63,603 nt of DNA, filler included, from Globobulimina sp. (GCA_003354225.1; 41 parts of 41 records of this genome joined end to end with filler, not necessarily neighbours in it); one strand, 5' to 3'. Positions 1-11,080 are shown, counted from the first letter of the whole stretch. The notes: a model not told the origin generated them from the letters alone. Numbers and translations: made by a program.

Positions 1-38
1 TACAGTGGTAAAAGTATTTTGTGTTATTCTTTTTTGTC

Positions 39-1001
39 ATGACAGATATTACAATGAATGTGTTTGAAAATGCGCGAATGCATACAAGAATGTTGCGAAT
101 GAGATATAATCCACGAAATCCGATGAAAAAAAGAAGACACTATATACCACCGTTACATGCATATTCAAAGAATATGGATTATGACAATTATAAAAGCACT
201 TTTAATAATAATTCTATTAAACCACGCAAAATACGATCGCCACGCGCTCAATTATCACAAGTGAGATATAAAAAGAAACAACAACAGTTCAAAAAAAGAA
301 GAGTCCGAAATATAGAACATAAAGAAACCGTTTCCAACAGAAAAAAAGCATCGTCATTGCCAGTTATTATTCCAAAATTAAAACTAAAATCAGTCAAAGA
401 TATCCATCAACATAGACATCAAAGTGAACCAATATCGTCACGACACAGTACAAGAAACAGACAAAACCATGTTTTGCCCAAATTGCAATGTCTCAAATCA
501 CATAGAAAAGCGTCTCGAACCACAAATGATTTTGATAAATTATCCCAACAATGGTTCGAATTGAAATTTTTATTGCGAAAAGAAATTAATTCCGTTGAAT
601 CTTTTAAATATACTCAATTAATCGCCAACCAATCATTGATATTTTTAGCGAAATTAAATGAAATATCACAGAGTCTGGGCTGTCTCCGGGGAACTTTGTC
701 GCGAGCTTTGTTGCCATTTGACAGTGAAACTTCTGTTTCTGATCAAGCAGATATTGTTTCAAATATTCATCATCAGAATGATAAAAAAAGCATTTTGTCG
801 TTGGTTGATTTCAAATTGCAGAAAACATTAAAATATCAAGCAATCTCTCTGCGACAATTAGTGAAAGTGAAAATAGCTGACGATGCTGATTTAGATCAAT
901 GCAAAGATGCATTATCATCCATACAATCTTTTTGTAATGATACATTACAATTTTGTAATTATAATAAAATTCATTTAAAAGATATTTTGAAGAAATTTTA
1001 A
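39..1001 (+). CDS. Hypothetical basic/low-complexity eukaryotic protein
   Basis: Uninterrupted ~320-codon ORF in AT-rich DNA; no recognisable domain. Confidence 0.5.
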   Translation: MTDITMNVFENARMHTRMLRMRYNPRNPMKKRRHYIPPLHAYSKNMDYDNYKSTFNNNSIKPRKIRSPRAQLSQVRYKKKQQQFKKRRVRNIEHKETVSNRKKASSLPVIIPKLKLKSVKDIHQHRHQSEPISSRHSTRNRQNHVLPKLQCLKSHRKASRTTNDFDKLSQQWFELKFLLRKEINSVESFKYTQLIANQSLIFLAKLNEISQSLGCLRGTLSRALLPFDSETSVSDQADIVSNIHHQNDKKSILSLVDFKLQKTLKYQAISLRQLVKVKIADDADLDQCKDALSSIQSFCNDTLQFCNYNKIHLKDILKKF

Positions 1002-1455
1002 TTATTGTATTTAAATGTGATTTTTTTTTTGAGTGGTTGTGCATTTATAGAAAATTGTATAATGAGAAATTAATTTAAGTCTTGCTTTTCACTTTTCGAC
1101 AATAGCTATTGTCTGCTCTCTATTTGTGCTGCCAGATGTTTTACAAACTATATTTGCGAAATAGCAGGGAACGGATCTATAGCTCGGTAAAAAAATAAAT
1201 ACCCATATTACGGAAATTAAACGTAGCATATTAAAAATGAAAAATAATAATTCTGCTCTATTTATTCTCGATTTGTGCTGTGACAAAGAGTATAAATAAA
1301 CCAACCAACAATAGTGCGAGAAAGAGAAAAATCGATTTTAAAATCTGAAAAAAAAAAAGGAAAAAAAAGATTTTCGAATCGGAAACACAAAACTCGCACA
1401 CAAAAATAAAGGATGTCTGGAGGAGAGATTTAAATTATTTTATTAAATAAACAAT

Positions 1456-1555
1456 NNNNNNNNNNNNNNNNNNNNNNNNNNNNNNNNNNNNNNNNNNNNT
1501 TAATTAATTAANNNNNNNNNNNNNNNNNNNNNNNNNNNNNNNNNNNNNNNNNNNN
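1456..1555. other. Artificial contig spacer (N44-TTAATTAATTAA-N44); 40 such spacers split the window into 41 contigs
   Basis: The same 100-bp spacer, with stops in all six frames, recurs every ~1553-1555 bp; contig lengths fall monotonically from 1455 to 1452 bp. Confidence 0.99.
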
Positions 1556-1985
1556 GTGCATGTAACTTGCTTTTCTACCGCTGCAATAAAAATATTATTT
1601 AATTCCAATAAAATTGCTTGAATCGTATTTGGATATACATAATCAGCAATAATATAACAGAATTCCTCCAAAATTTTGTGATACTCAATCAGCAATACTC
1701 AATTTTGTGATAGAAATACAAAAAAAAGCACACCTCCATATTCTGTGCTAACCAAATCGCAATGACGAGGACGAGGCATTACTTTAATCTTAATGCGAAT
1801 TTGCGTAATTGACGGCGACGATCACACCTGTGTGTGTATTGGATGGTCGGTTGGTTACAATAAACAACGACGAAGACAATACCTGTTGATTGCTTTTCGA
1901 AATGACGAAAGCATTGTTTCCGCATTAAGTCTGATGTTCGAAAGAGTTTTTGAAGCTCAAAAAAAAAAGTTAGAATGTACGAATG

Positions 1986-2425
1986 TGTTCCCGCAAAGAA
2001 CTACGCATAGTATTACTCATATATATATTAGTATCAATCATATGGTGGACCTGTCGAGGGATCATATATTATCATATACTAATATATATATATGATCTAC
2101 TAATATATATATGATCTAAAAAAAAAAAAAGCGATGTACTCAAATAATCAATCCACTGAAGATAAACTAAACTATTCTTTTCAAATTTAATGATAAAAAT
2201 GTATTTATCGAATTGCCTAACCTCTCTAAATGATAATTTCTTCGAACTTAATGCCTTCTCGAAATTAACTGCAAATTCAATTTTTTTTCCGAACGAGACC
2301 ATTGCTAAGTACAATGTAAAGTTTGCTATATTAGCTAGTTTGGCGTCTTAATCATTTATATATTAGTTTTAATCATATGGTGGACCTGTCGAGAGATCAT
2401 ATATGCGTAGTTCTTTGCGCGAACA
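1986..2425. mobile_element. Putative MITE (440 bp) with 24-bp terminal inverted repeats and a 34-bp internal direct repeat
   Basis: TGTTCCCGCAAAGAACTACGCATA (1986-2009) vs TATGCGTAGTTCTTTGCGCGAACA (2402-2425), 1 mismatch. AATCATATGGTGGACCTGTCGAG(G/A)GATCATATAT occurs at 2036 and 2371. AT-rich interior with no convincing gene. Confidence 0.75.
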
Positions 2426-2467
2426 TAGAATGGCAGTATCTGATATGTAGTTAAACAAAATATTACA

Positions 2468-3010
2468 TTACAAACAAGGAAAAGAATATGTTTGCTCATA
2501 TGCTAACGTTCCTAAATATTTAAAAGTAAAAGACATTTGTCCTTGAGGTATAGTTTTCCATTCCAAATTATTCGAATCTTGTTTCCAACATTCACAATTA
2601 TTATGATTTGGTAAAAATTGATTAATGTGAAGCCCTCCAGTTGCTAATGGCGGAATATCAAATTTGCATATTTGACGGATTGTAATAATTTTCGTGCCAT
2701 TTCGAACAATATATTTATGATTTCTATTAGATTCAATATATATATATCATAAATTGGATTGAGTTCGTGACTCATAAATAATCATATTATTAAGTTGTTT
2801 ATTTGCAATTAAAATTTCTAATATATTAACGCCATAATCAGGGCTATATATACTGCCACTCACCATAAGAAAGTTTGGACTTATTTTAATTGTGCATGTA
2901 ACTTGCTTTTCTACCGCTGCAATAAAAATATTATTTAATTCCAATAAAATTGCTTGAATCGTATTTGGATATACATAATCAGCAATAATATAACAGAATT
3001 CCTCCAAAAT
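2468..3010 (-). CDS. Hypothetical protein spanning the circular junction (ATG 1779 to 1556, continuing 2891 to TAA 2468), with two in-frame TGA codons or two short introns
   Basis: Manual translation across the terminal repeat: MPRPRHCDLVSTEYGG...QN*VLLIEYHKILEEFCYIIADYVY...TQSNL*YIYIESNRNHKY...SFPCL*; 648 nt in a single frame. Confidence 0.5.
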
Positions 3011-3530
3011 NNNNNNNNNNNNNNNNNNNNNNNNNNNNNNNNNNNNNNNNNNNNTTAATTAATTAANNNNNNNNNNNNNNNNNNNNNNNNNNNNNNNNNN
3101 NNNNNNNNNNAAAACTCTAAAAGTAAGCATGACAACACGTCCTATTCTAAAGCAATTCAAAATGTTTACATAAAGTTACATAATTTAACTTACTTGAAAG
3201 GTTTTCACAGAAGCAAAAATAAAAAATTGTCATTGAGTTACCAGTTTCAAATGGACCGCCAAATACAAGCAATTACAACATCAACGTCAGTTTCCTTTAA
3301 GTGCAAGGATAAAGCGAGCAATTGAAATCATTTCTCATTATATTTCGTCCTTAGGATGGATTTTTTTGAAATATCCAATGCTAAAAAAAAAATCTAAATC
3401 AACGAATGAAACCAAACACAAAACAGTAATGACAGTAGAAACGAATATGACAGTAATCGACATGCACCAAACACAAAACACCGTTGCATCATCATTTACA
3501 ATTGTACAAATATGAAATTTCGTTATTGAA

Positions 3531-4292
3531 TTATTGAAATACTTTTTTTGATCCAATGAGATTGCCGCAAGTTGGACAGTTATGATGTGCGTCTTTCAAA
3601 TCGTCGATACAAAAAGGAATTAAACAGCATCCGCACCAAAACCCTAAACAACAAATCCCGCCACAAACCGCCCACGTGCCTTTATGCAATAATATATACA
3701 ATAAATAAATAAAAGAAAAAACACATACAAACTATACAAACCTAAGCCTGCTTCTAAGGTAACTTGTGTCTGTACTTGCTGTGTAATATAATATTATATG
3801 CTTTATATACTGTAACATATTAATCATAAAAATATATTAACTGTTCGACAGGAAGGGCATATTGCGAGCGTTGAGTTTTGTGGAAATCGAGTTGGATTTT
3901 GCACCACGACTTGTGCTGCTGGCTACATATATTAATATATATATATATCAGATGTAACTGTAAGTATTTCTAACATAACTTGCTGTACATATACAACTTG
4001 TGGTTGTTGTCCGGTAACTGGTTGTTGGACATATTGCACTTGTTGACCTAATGCAAAAAAAAAACATTGGTAATTTACTATCATAATAAAATTGAAAATA
4101 CAATATTGTTACCTTGGACAGGTTGTGCGTATTGGACTGCCTGTGGTTGTTGAACAGGTTGTGAATATCCGGGTGAATATACAGGCTGTTGAACGTTAAC
4201 AGGTTGTGAATATGCCGGTGGTCCCTCTGATATTTTGTTTACTTTTCATATTTTTAAACAAAGTCGTTACAATACATACCTTGTTGATTCAT
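3531..4292 (-). CDS. LITAF: LITAF-domain (zinc-binding, membrane-associated) protein, 6 exons; absent from the ORF track
   Basis: Spliced translation MNQQEGPPAYSQPV...AICPSCRT-QVQTQVTLEAGLGTWAVCGGICCLGFWCGCCLIPFCIDDLKDAHHNCPTCGNLIGSKKVFQ*. Shows a PPxY motif and CxxC...hydrophobic...HxCxxC. Five GT-AG introns (e.g. 4279-4227, 4112-4048). Confidence 0.92.
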
Positions 4293-4665
4293 TTATTGAT
4301 AGGTGCTGATATACAGAAAGTTAAGTATTTCTATTTCTATTTCTGAGTTACAATAATGACTCACCTCAGCTACTCCACTGATTGATAGGATATGATGTAT
4401 TGATTTGCGCGTTGCAATGTTTTATGTACAGTTTTTTAGTAACTCTATAGCTAGCAATTAAATATATAATGTGCCTATCATGAGCAGCAAAAATAAGAAA
4501 TCCAAGAAAAAGAAGAACACCAAACAGACTGCAAACAAAAAGAAAAAAAATGGTAAATATGCCGCNNNNNNNNNNNNNNNNNNNNNNNNNNNNNNNNNNN
4601 NNNNNNNNNTTAATTAATTAANNNNNNNNNNNNNNNNNNNNNNNNNNNNNNNNNNNNNNNNNNNN

Positions 4666-5909
4666 GGATGCATAAATACTTGATATTCCTCACTATATTC
4701 AATAATTCTGCACCAGGCGATATCCCACGGGGAATCCTCATGTGTTACATAGATTATTTTGCATTGTAGCCATTTCCTATTATTATAACCGATATAAATA
4801 CCAATTTTCGGCGAATCATAACGCGATGTCCCTTTCAGTTGCACTCTCTTTACATAATCCTTTTCATTTATGTTTGTCAGATATGGTCGGATAATATGTA
4901 CATTTGTCAATATATGATCAGTGCCTATGAATACAGCACTGCCCCAATGTGAGCCAATACAAATTGGTAAGACACTCTGTGTCGCTATATATATCATTGA
5001 ATTTATGGCAGAAGAATGATAAGATTTGTTTGATGATGTATTTGATGATGATAAATGATGCACATTTGCTGAAGCAAAATTATTCATCAACCATGAACAT
5101 ATGATATGGGATGGGATGATTGTGGCCAATGTGGCATTGTTGCCAATCATCAATGGGATGGATAGCATACCAATGAATTGGTTGTGGTTGCTATGGTTGG
5201 ATGTGATTATAATTCCACCCTCCATTCCAGGCAAATATTTCATGTCTGATAACCATACATAATCATTACTTGGTAGCTGTAAATTGGTGCTTAATATTCC
5301 ATGATGCACCGTATTACATAATACATTGTTACATAATATGCCGAATGGGTTTGATATGCTGAATATAGATTTTCCAATCAATGTTGATGCGGATTTATGA
5401 GATATGGAGGCACTTTGCAATGATTTTAATGATATGACATGTTTGAATAAGTGCGGTTTGATATGGATTAATTTTAATAAGATAAGAAAAGCAAATTTAT
5501 GTTTCAAATGAGAGTGAATGTTGTTATGATTTAAATAGCCAAATTTGAACTGACCGTCGATATTTTCAATGCCACATTGCAAGTTTGTTAAATGTTGTAT
5601 TTTAATGATTTGTGCTGGATATTTATTTTGTTTTTGGCTTGAAAACGTGTGATTGAATTGTACTGTTATTTGCATATCATTGCCTAAGTTTGGCTGTTTT
5701 GAATATGGTGCAAATATATTACCATCGCAAATCACATAGATTTTATGATTGTGTTGAAAGGCAATTCCAGTCGAATTTGTCATTGTTTTACCATTAAATC
5801 GTAACGAAAATGCATGGTTTCTTGAATAAAGATTTTTATAATCCTCTAACTGTAATATTACCGATACAATACTTTCATTCACTTCCGACAAATCCATGGT
5901 ATAACTCAT
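4666..5909 (-). CDS. TYSND1: Peroxisomal trypsin-like processing protease (TYSND1/DEG15-like), 3' truncated
   Basis: SDMKYLPGMEGG, then WGSAVFI..HILTNVHII and PWDIA, as in the tandem trypsin-like domains of DEG15/TYSND1. Confidence 0.75.
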
Positions 5910-6248
5910 AAACTCAACTACGAAAAACTTAATTTATTTAACTACATTTTAATCGTTACGGAAAAATGGAGCATTCTCTCTTTTCAACATATCAGACGCT
6001 GACACCGCCCGACATAGCATTGGAACGAGTCAATACTTCCATACAATGTTCAGACATGGAATCTTTTAAAAGACGCAGAAATAAACAGAATATCAAAACT
6101 ATTTTATATTATTGGTGTCANNNNNNNNNNNNNNNNNNNNNNNNNNNNNNNNNNNNNNNNNNNNTTAATTAATTAANNNNNNNNNNNNNNNNNNNNNNNN
6201 NNNNNNNNNNNNNNNNNNNNTTTTTAATCCATGAATATATTTTCGGTA

Positions 6249-6518
6249 TTATTCTGCAAATGTAATTGGGCGATTGCCTGACCATATTTTCCTTATATAT
6301 AATACCAACTGGTTAACGTAGACGCACCATATCGTTGGAGACGCAACTGCTCCTTGGTACGGACCTTCTATTATTTCGGAGAGTATGCCATTTATTAATG
6401 TGACTGATGTCCGTCCTTTAATTATCGATTTTATTAAGGTTATAGCCTGTTTATTGAATCCACAGTGAGGCTCAAATTTATCATATATTATTTCTTGTTT
6501 CTGGGCATCAAAAGCATC
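6249..6518 (-). pseudogene. Decayed non-LTR (LINE-like) reverse transcriptase fragment
   Basis: DAFDAQ...KF...GF...LIKSIIKGRTSVTLINGILSEIIEGPYQGAVASPTIWCVYVNQL...TFAE* follows the RT AFD / GxPQG-xxSP / FADD motif order; FADD is degraded to FAE-stop. Confidence 0.75.
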
Positions 6519-6931
6519 CCTATTATTAATAACATTGTGGCTGGCATTGAGGAATCTGTCGTGACTGACGGTGGGAATGTGGTAGGTTGTGACAAAAAAT
6601 TAAAACTAAAAAATGTAAATAACTAGTTTGCAACTAAAATTTTTTTTTAAAATCGAAACAAAAAATTTACAAATTTAGAAATATGTCAATACTAAAAATA
6701 TTTTTTAGTGACTACTACAAACTTTAGGAAATCAAATCGATAATAATTTCCAAAACACAACACCCAAAACACAACGTGTGTTTTAAACGGGCGTCGCCTT
6801 CATTATTCTATGAATTATGCGTTGCATATTTAATATATTACCTCAAATGTATCCGGAACACCACTAGCTGTCACTTAGTAAAGTTTTCAAAAAAGTGTGA
6901 TAAAACTAACTTGGATCTCAATCTCAATCTC

Positions 6932-7639
6932 ATGGAAGGCACTCCAGCGGAGGATGATTCATTAACAATTCAATATCTTCGTGGCAGAGTAACGTCGTTA
7001 GAAAGTGACAAGAGCGCATTAGAAGTGCGCTTGAATGAATATAAATATATTGAATCTAAATTAGAAGCAATTTGGAATATAATCTTTGATAAAAATGAAG
7101 GTAAAGATAAAGATAAAAATAAAAATAAAGAATTTGATGTTGACAAATTAGAGTCAGAATACAGTAAAATATCATCGCGAATAGCATCATTGGAAAATAA
7201 TGTTTTTTGTTTAAAAAATCGTGAATCAGAGTTGTTATTAAAATTGTGTGAATCGGAGAAATTAATTCATTTTCATGAGACACAAATATTATTATTAAGA
7301 GACGAATTAAAATCGCAATCATTACGAAATAAAAAAAATCAATTTGTTGATCCATTAATGAATTATAATTTTAATTTGATGTTAACAAATATTAATCAGT
7401 TAAATAAAAAATTAAAATCTTGCCGGGACGAATCAATTGCAAATGGCTTCAATTTACAGTCGCAAACTGGCCGATGTTTAATTGAAAAATGTAAGAATTT
7501 AATAATTGAAAATCAAATTTTGGGCCGGCAAATTCAAATGAATAAGAATTCAAACTTGACACAAAAGATTATTTTATTGCATCACCACAATCTCAAATTA
7601 TCCGATCATATCATTAAACTCAATAATTTACAAACTTAA
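6932..7639 (+). CDS. WTAP: WTAP/Mum2/FIP37 family m6A methyltransferase-complex subunit
   Basis: Coiled coil followed by FVDPLMN...FNLQSQTGRCLIEKCKNLIIENQILGRQI, matching the WTAP core (VDPAIN...SQTGKKLMAKCRMLIQENQELGRQL). Confidence 0.85.
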   Translation: MEGTPAEDDSLTIQYLRGRVTSLESDKSALEVRLNEYKYIESKLEAIWNIIFDKNEGKDKDKNKNKEFDVDKLESEYSKISSRIASLENNVFCLKNRESELLLKLCESEKLIHFHETQILLLRDELKSQSLRNKKNQFVDPLMNYNFNLMLTNINQLNKKLKSCRDESIANGFNLQSQTGRCLIEKCKNLIIENQILGRQIQMNKNSNLTQKIILLHHHNLKLSDHIIKLNNLQT

Positions 7640-7775
7640 TTTTTAAACTTAAATCCTTGCGCTTTTTTTTTTGACNNNNNNNNNNNNNNNNNNNNNNNNN
7701 NNNNNNNNNNNNNNNNNNNTTAATTAATTAANNNNNNNNNNNNNNNNNNNNNNNNNNNNNNNNNNNNNNNNNNNN

Positions 7776-7900
7776 CGAGAGCCATTGCCAACCCGCAAGG
7801 CTACGTCTCGAGCACTGGCCGAAAACTTCTTAACCAGCAAAATACCCAGCAGCGAACAAATCAGACCCGTTGAAGCCAGCCCCAGAGGCAGGAACAAAAC
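7776..7900 (-). CDS. Fragment of membrane H+/Na+-translocating pyrophosphatase (bacterial), joined to an unrelated gene
   Basis: LFLPLGLASTGLICSLLGILLVK...DVALRVG resembles an HppA transmembrane segment; GC rises abruptly at ~7900. Confidence 0.5.
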
Positions 7901-8317
7901 CTCAATTGTATTTTCTGATGTAAGAATGTGTTGGATTGAAATACTAAAGTCTGATTCATGTCCCAGCACATTTTCAATTTGTTCCGATGATAACAATGGT
8001 GAGTTTGTTCCTGAAACTTCCCCTTGTAACACCATTCGAGGCGTTGCGCCATAAATGCCATAATAATTTGTCCTTGCATCATTTTCAGCAGGATTGTGCG
8101 AACTGAAAATGCATGCTGCATAAGGAGAACTTGGATGGTAAGCAACATGAAGAACATTGGGGTAGTCATTAAGAACTTCATATAAAGCAGGATTTTTTGA
8201 TGCACATGTGCTACATTTAGTATTTGTAAAGTGTTCCACAATCACTGTTTTTTCAATCTGTGAAAATGCTGATGACATGAAAATTGTTGCGATTAGAAAA
8301 GTAAAAATATATTTCAT
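7901..8317 (-). CDS. Omp28-like/thioredoxin-fold secreted protein (Bacteroidota-like), N-terminal part
   Basis: Signal peptide ending SAFSQ, then VIVEHFTNTKCSTC (CxxC), AYHP and RTNYYGIYGATPRM. Confidence 0.7.
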
Positions 8318-8598
8318 CTATTTATTATTTTTATGGTTTATGGCTATATAGTCGGGGTAAATCTGAAATCCTTACATAAACTATACGCAAATACAATAAA
8401 TTAATTTATTTAGATTTGAAGATATAACTTGCTAACCCTGTTCTATTGCCATTAGGGATTAGCTGGATAGGTGGGCAGCAATCATCAAAACAAAGAGCCA
8501 TTAGAAGTAATCAGAAAAATTTATGACAAAAGAATTAAATTTGTACCGGTTGAAGATATCATTATAATAGGCTAAACATCCTCATTAATCTTAACTAT

Positions 8599-9186
8599 AT
8601 GCAACAAACCGCCAACATCGAGAACATATGGATAAATATCCATGACAGACTCACTGGTTACCTTTCTAAGCACATCAAGAATCAAGATGATGTGAAAGAT
8701 ATTATTCAGGATACTTTTATTAAAGTCAAAACCAATATCGACAAACTAAAAAACCCTGCAAAAGTTGAAAGCTGGATATTTCAAATAGCTCGAAATACAA
8801 TGAATGATTTCTTTCGTGAACAAAAGAAATCATTTACTGATGATGAAATTAATGAAGAGATAAGTATAGAACCAGTTGCTTTTGCAAATGAAGATATTAA
8901 AACGAAAATTCAAACTCAAGAATTTTCCGAATATGCAGGCTTCGTTGTTTCTGAACTTCCCGATAAATATAGAGTTGCGGTACTATTGGCTGATATTCAA
9001 GGCATGACGATGAAAGAAGTCGCTGAAGAGCTTAATATTTCTGTTCCCGCTGCCAAATCACGGGTTCAAAGAGGTAGAAAGATGATAAAAGAAATCATTC
9101 TTAAATGCTGTGACGTGAATACTGATAAATATGGTAATATTGTTGACTATGAGCCTCATGGTTGTGGCAACAATAATAATTGTTAG
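8599..9186 (+). CDS. sigZ: ECF RNA polymerase sigma factor, SigZ-like (bacterial)
   Basis: DIIQDTFIK, SWIFQIARN, LPDKYR, EVAEELNISVPAAKSRVQRGR, plus C-terminal CC..D.YGNI.DY. Immediately followed by a His-rich ORF start (MEHTHDTDHTPH, 9190). Confidence 0.88.
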   Translation: MQQTANIENIWINIHDRLTGYLSKHIKNQDDVKDIIQDTFIKVKTNIDKLKNPAKVESWIFQIARNTMNDFFREQKKSFTDDEINEEISIEPVAFANEDIKTKIQTQEFSEYAGFVVSELPDKYRVAVLLADIQGMTMKEVAEELNISVPAAKSRVQRGRKMIKEIILKCCDVNTDKYGNIVDYEPHGCGNNNNC

Positions 9187-9380
9187 GATATGGAACATAC
9201 ACATGACACTGATCATACACCTCATTCCCANNNNNNNNNNNNNNNNNNNNNNNNNNNNNNNNNNNNNNNNNNNNTTAATTAATTAANNNNNNNNNNNNNN
9301 NNNNNNNNNNNNNNNNNNNNNNNNNNNNNNATATATCGATCCTTGCACTCATAGTATATAATATAAATATATATAATAAG

Positions 9381-10785
9381 ATATGGGTGCCATTGTGCGG
9401 GCATTTGACACTCGCGCGGCAGTTCGAGAGCAGGTTGAATCGCTAGGCGCGCAATTTCTAACCGTAGAGATAGAAGAAAGTGGGGAAGGCAGCGGCGGAT
9501 ATGGCAAAGAAATGAGTGCCGAGTTTATCGAGGCAGAGATGAAATTATTTCGTGAACAATGCGCCGAAGTGGATATTATAATTTGTACGGCGTTAATCCC
9601 TGGTCGAGCTGCTCCAAAATTAATACTAAAGGATATGGTAAATATTATGAAGCCGGGCAGTGTTATTATTGATTTGGCAGCGGAAGCGGGCGGAAATTGT
9701 GAGTATACCGTTCCAAATGAAAAATATATACATTCCAACGGTGTGGTGGTGATTGGATATACCGACATACCCTCTCGACTCGCGGCACAGTCATCCACTT
9801 TATTTGCAAATAACATTGTTAAGTTTTTAGGTGAGTTTGGTACAAAAGATGGTGGCTGGGATCCACAATATGATACAAATGATGTGTTGCGTGGATCCGT
9901 TATTGGTAAAGGAGGTGAATTGAAATGGCCGACCCAAATTGATCTTGGTCCGCCACCATCGGCGCCCAAACCAGCCGCTGCAGCAACGGAGGTGGCGGTA
10001 AGTGACCCTTTTAATCGACAATTAAAAAAAGCATTGGGCACAACAGCAGTACTTGGCACCATCTTAGGCGCAGGCATCATATCTCCAGATCCATCATTTA
10101 CATCGACCCTAACCACATTTGCGTTGGCGGGCATTGTCGGCTACCATGTGGTGTGGGGTGTGACCCCCGCCTTACATTCGCCATTGATGAGTGTCACCAA
10201 TGCAGTATCTGGGACCACTGCAGTGGGCGGATTGATGTTGATGGGCGGCGGCGTCATACCGCATACCACTGCGCAAGTATTGGGCGCGTTGTCGCTGTGC
10301 TTATCCTGCGTCAATATTGGCGGTGGCTTTCTAATCACGCATAGAATGTTAAATATGTTTCGACGACCAACAGATGAGAAAGATTATGTGTATTTATATG
10401 GTATCCCGGCAGCAACCTTTTTAAGTGGATATGCGTACAGTCGGATGTGCGGCTTGACGGAAACCATTCAGATGGGATACCTCGCCGGTTCGCTCGGGTG
10501 CATTGGCGGCATTGCCGGCTTATCCAAGCAAGCGAGTGCGCGAACTGGCAATGCCTTGGGAATGATGGGGGTTGGAACCGGTGTGTTTGCCACCATTGGT
10601 GCGTTAGAATGGGATATGGGAGTTCCAGTACAGATTGCCAGTTTAGGTGCAGTTGGTGCCGGTGTTGGTGTATATTTTGCTAAAAGAGTGCAAGTGACTG
10701 AATTGCCAGAAATGGTGGCCGCCTTTCATTCATTGGTTGGTTTAGCTGCTGCGGCGACGTCGATAGGTTCCCATTTAAATCAAGT
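9381..10785 (+). CDS. NNT: Mitochondrial NAD(P) transhydrogenase, fused alpha-beta, internal fragment
   Basis: GYGKEMS, TALIPGRAAPKLI, DLAAEAGGNCE, VTPALHSPLMSVTNAVSG, NIGGGFLITHRMLNMF, LPEMVAAFHSLVGLAA; preceded by an AT-rich intron 3' end. Confidence 0.97.
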
Positions 10786-10885
10786 NNNNNNNNNNNNNNN
10801 NNNNNNNNNNNNNNNNNNNNNNNNNNNNNTTAATTAATTAANNNNNNNNNNNNNNNNNNNNNNNNNNNNNNNNNNNNNNNNNNNN

Positions 10886-11080
10886 CTGGCGCAGATGCCG
10901 TATTGATCCAACATAAGCAAAATAGCTTCGCCCTCGATATATTCGAAGCTGATATTAGCCGTATTTGGCAGGCGATTTTCCTTATCACCATTGAGCAGGG
11001 AATCGGGGCACTTTTCTAATATCTCACTCTCGAGCTTATCGCGCAGGTCCTTGACTTTGTTGTTTTCCTGTTCGAGATTG
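10886..11080 (-). CDS. nifS: Bacterial cysteine desulfurase (NifS/IscS) internal fragment
   Basis: LRDKLE...[35 protein letters not shown] is the NifS/IscS segment just upstream of the SSGSAC catalytic motif. Confidence 0.85.

Larger units (their letters stand above)
1556..3010. repeat. Contig with 119-bp exact terminal direct repeat (1556-1674 = 2892-3010): circular molecule or collapsed tandem unit of 1336 bp
   Basis: The first and last 119 bases of the contig are identical (GTGCATGTAACTTG...TTCCTCCAAAAT). Confidence 0.9.

Noticed and set aside
9349..10134. 261-aa antisense ORF and similar shadow ORFs throughout the track
   Set aside because: They overlap well-supported genes (here NNT) on the opposite strand or in another frame.
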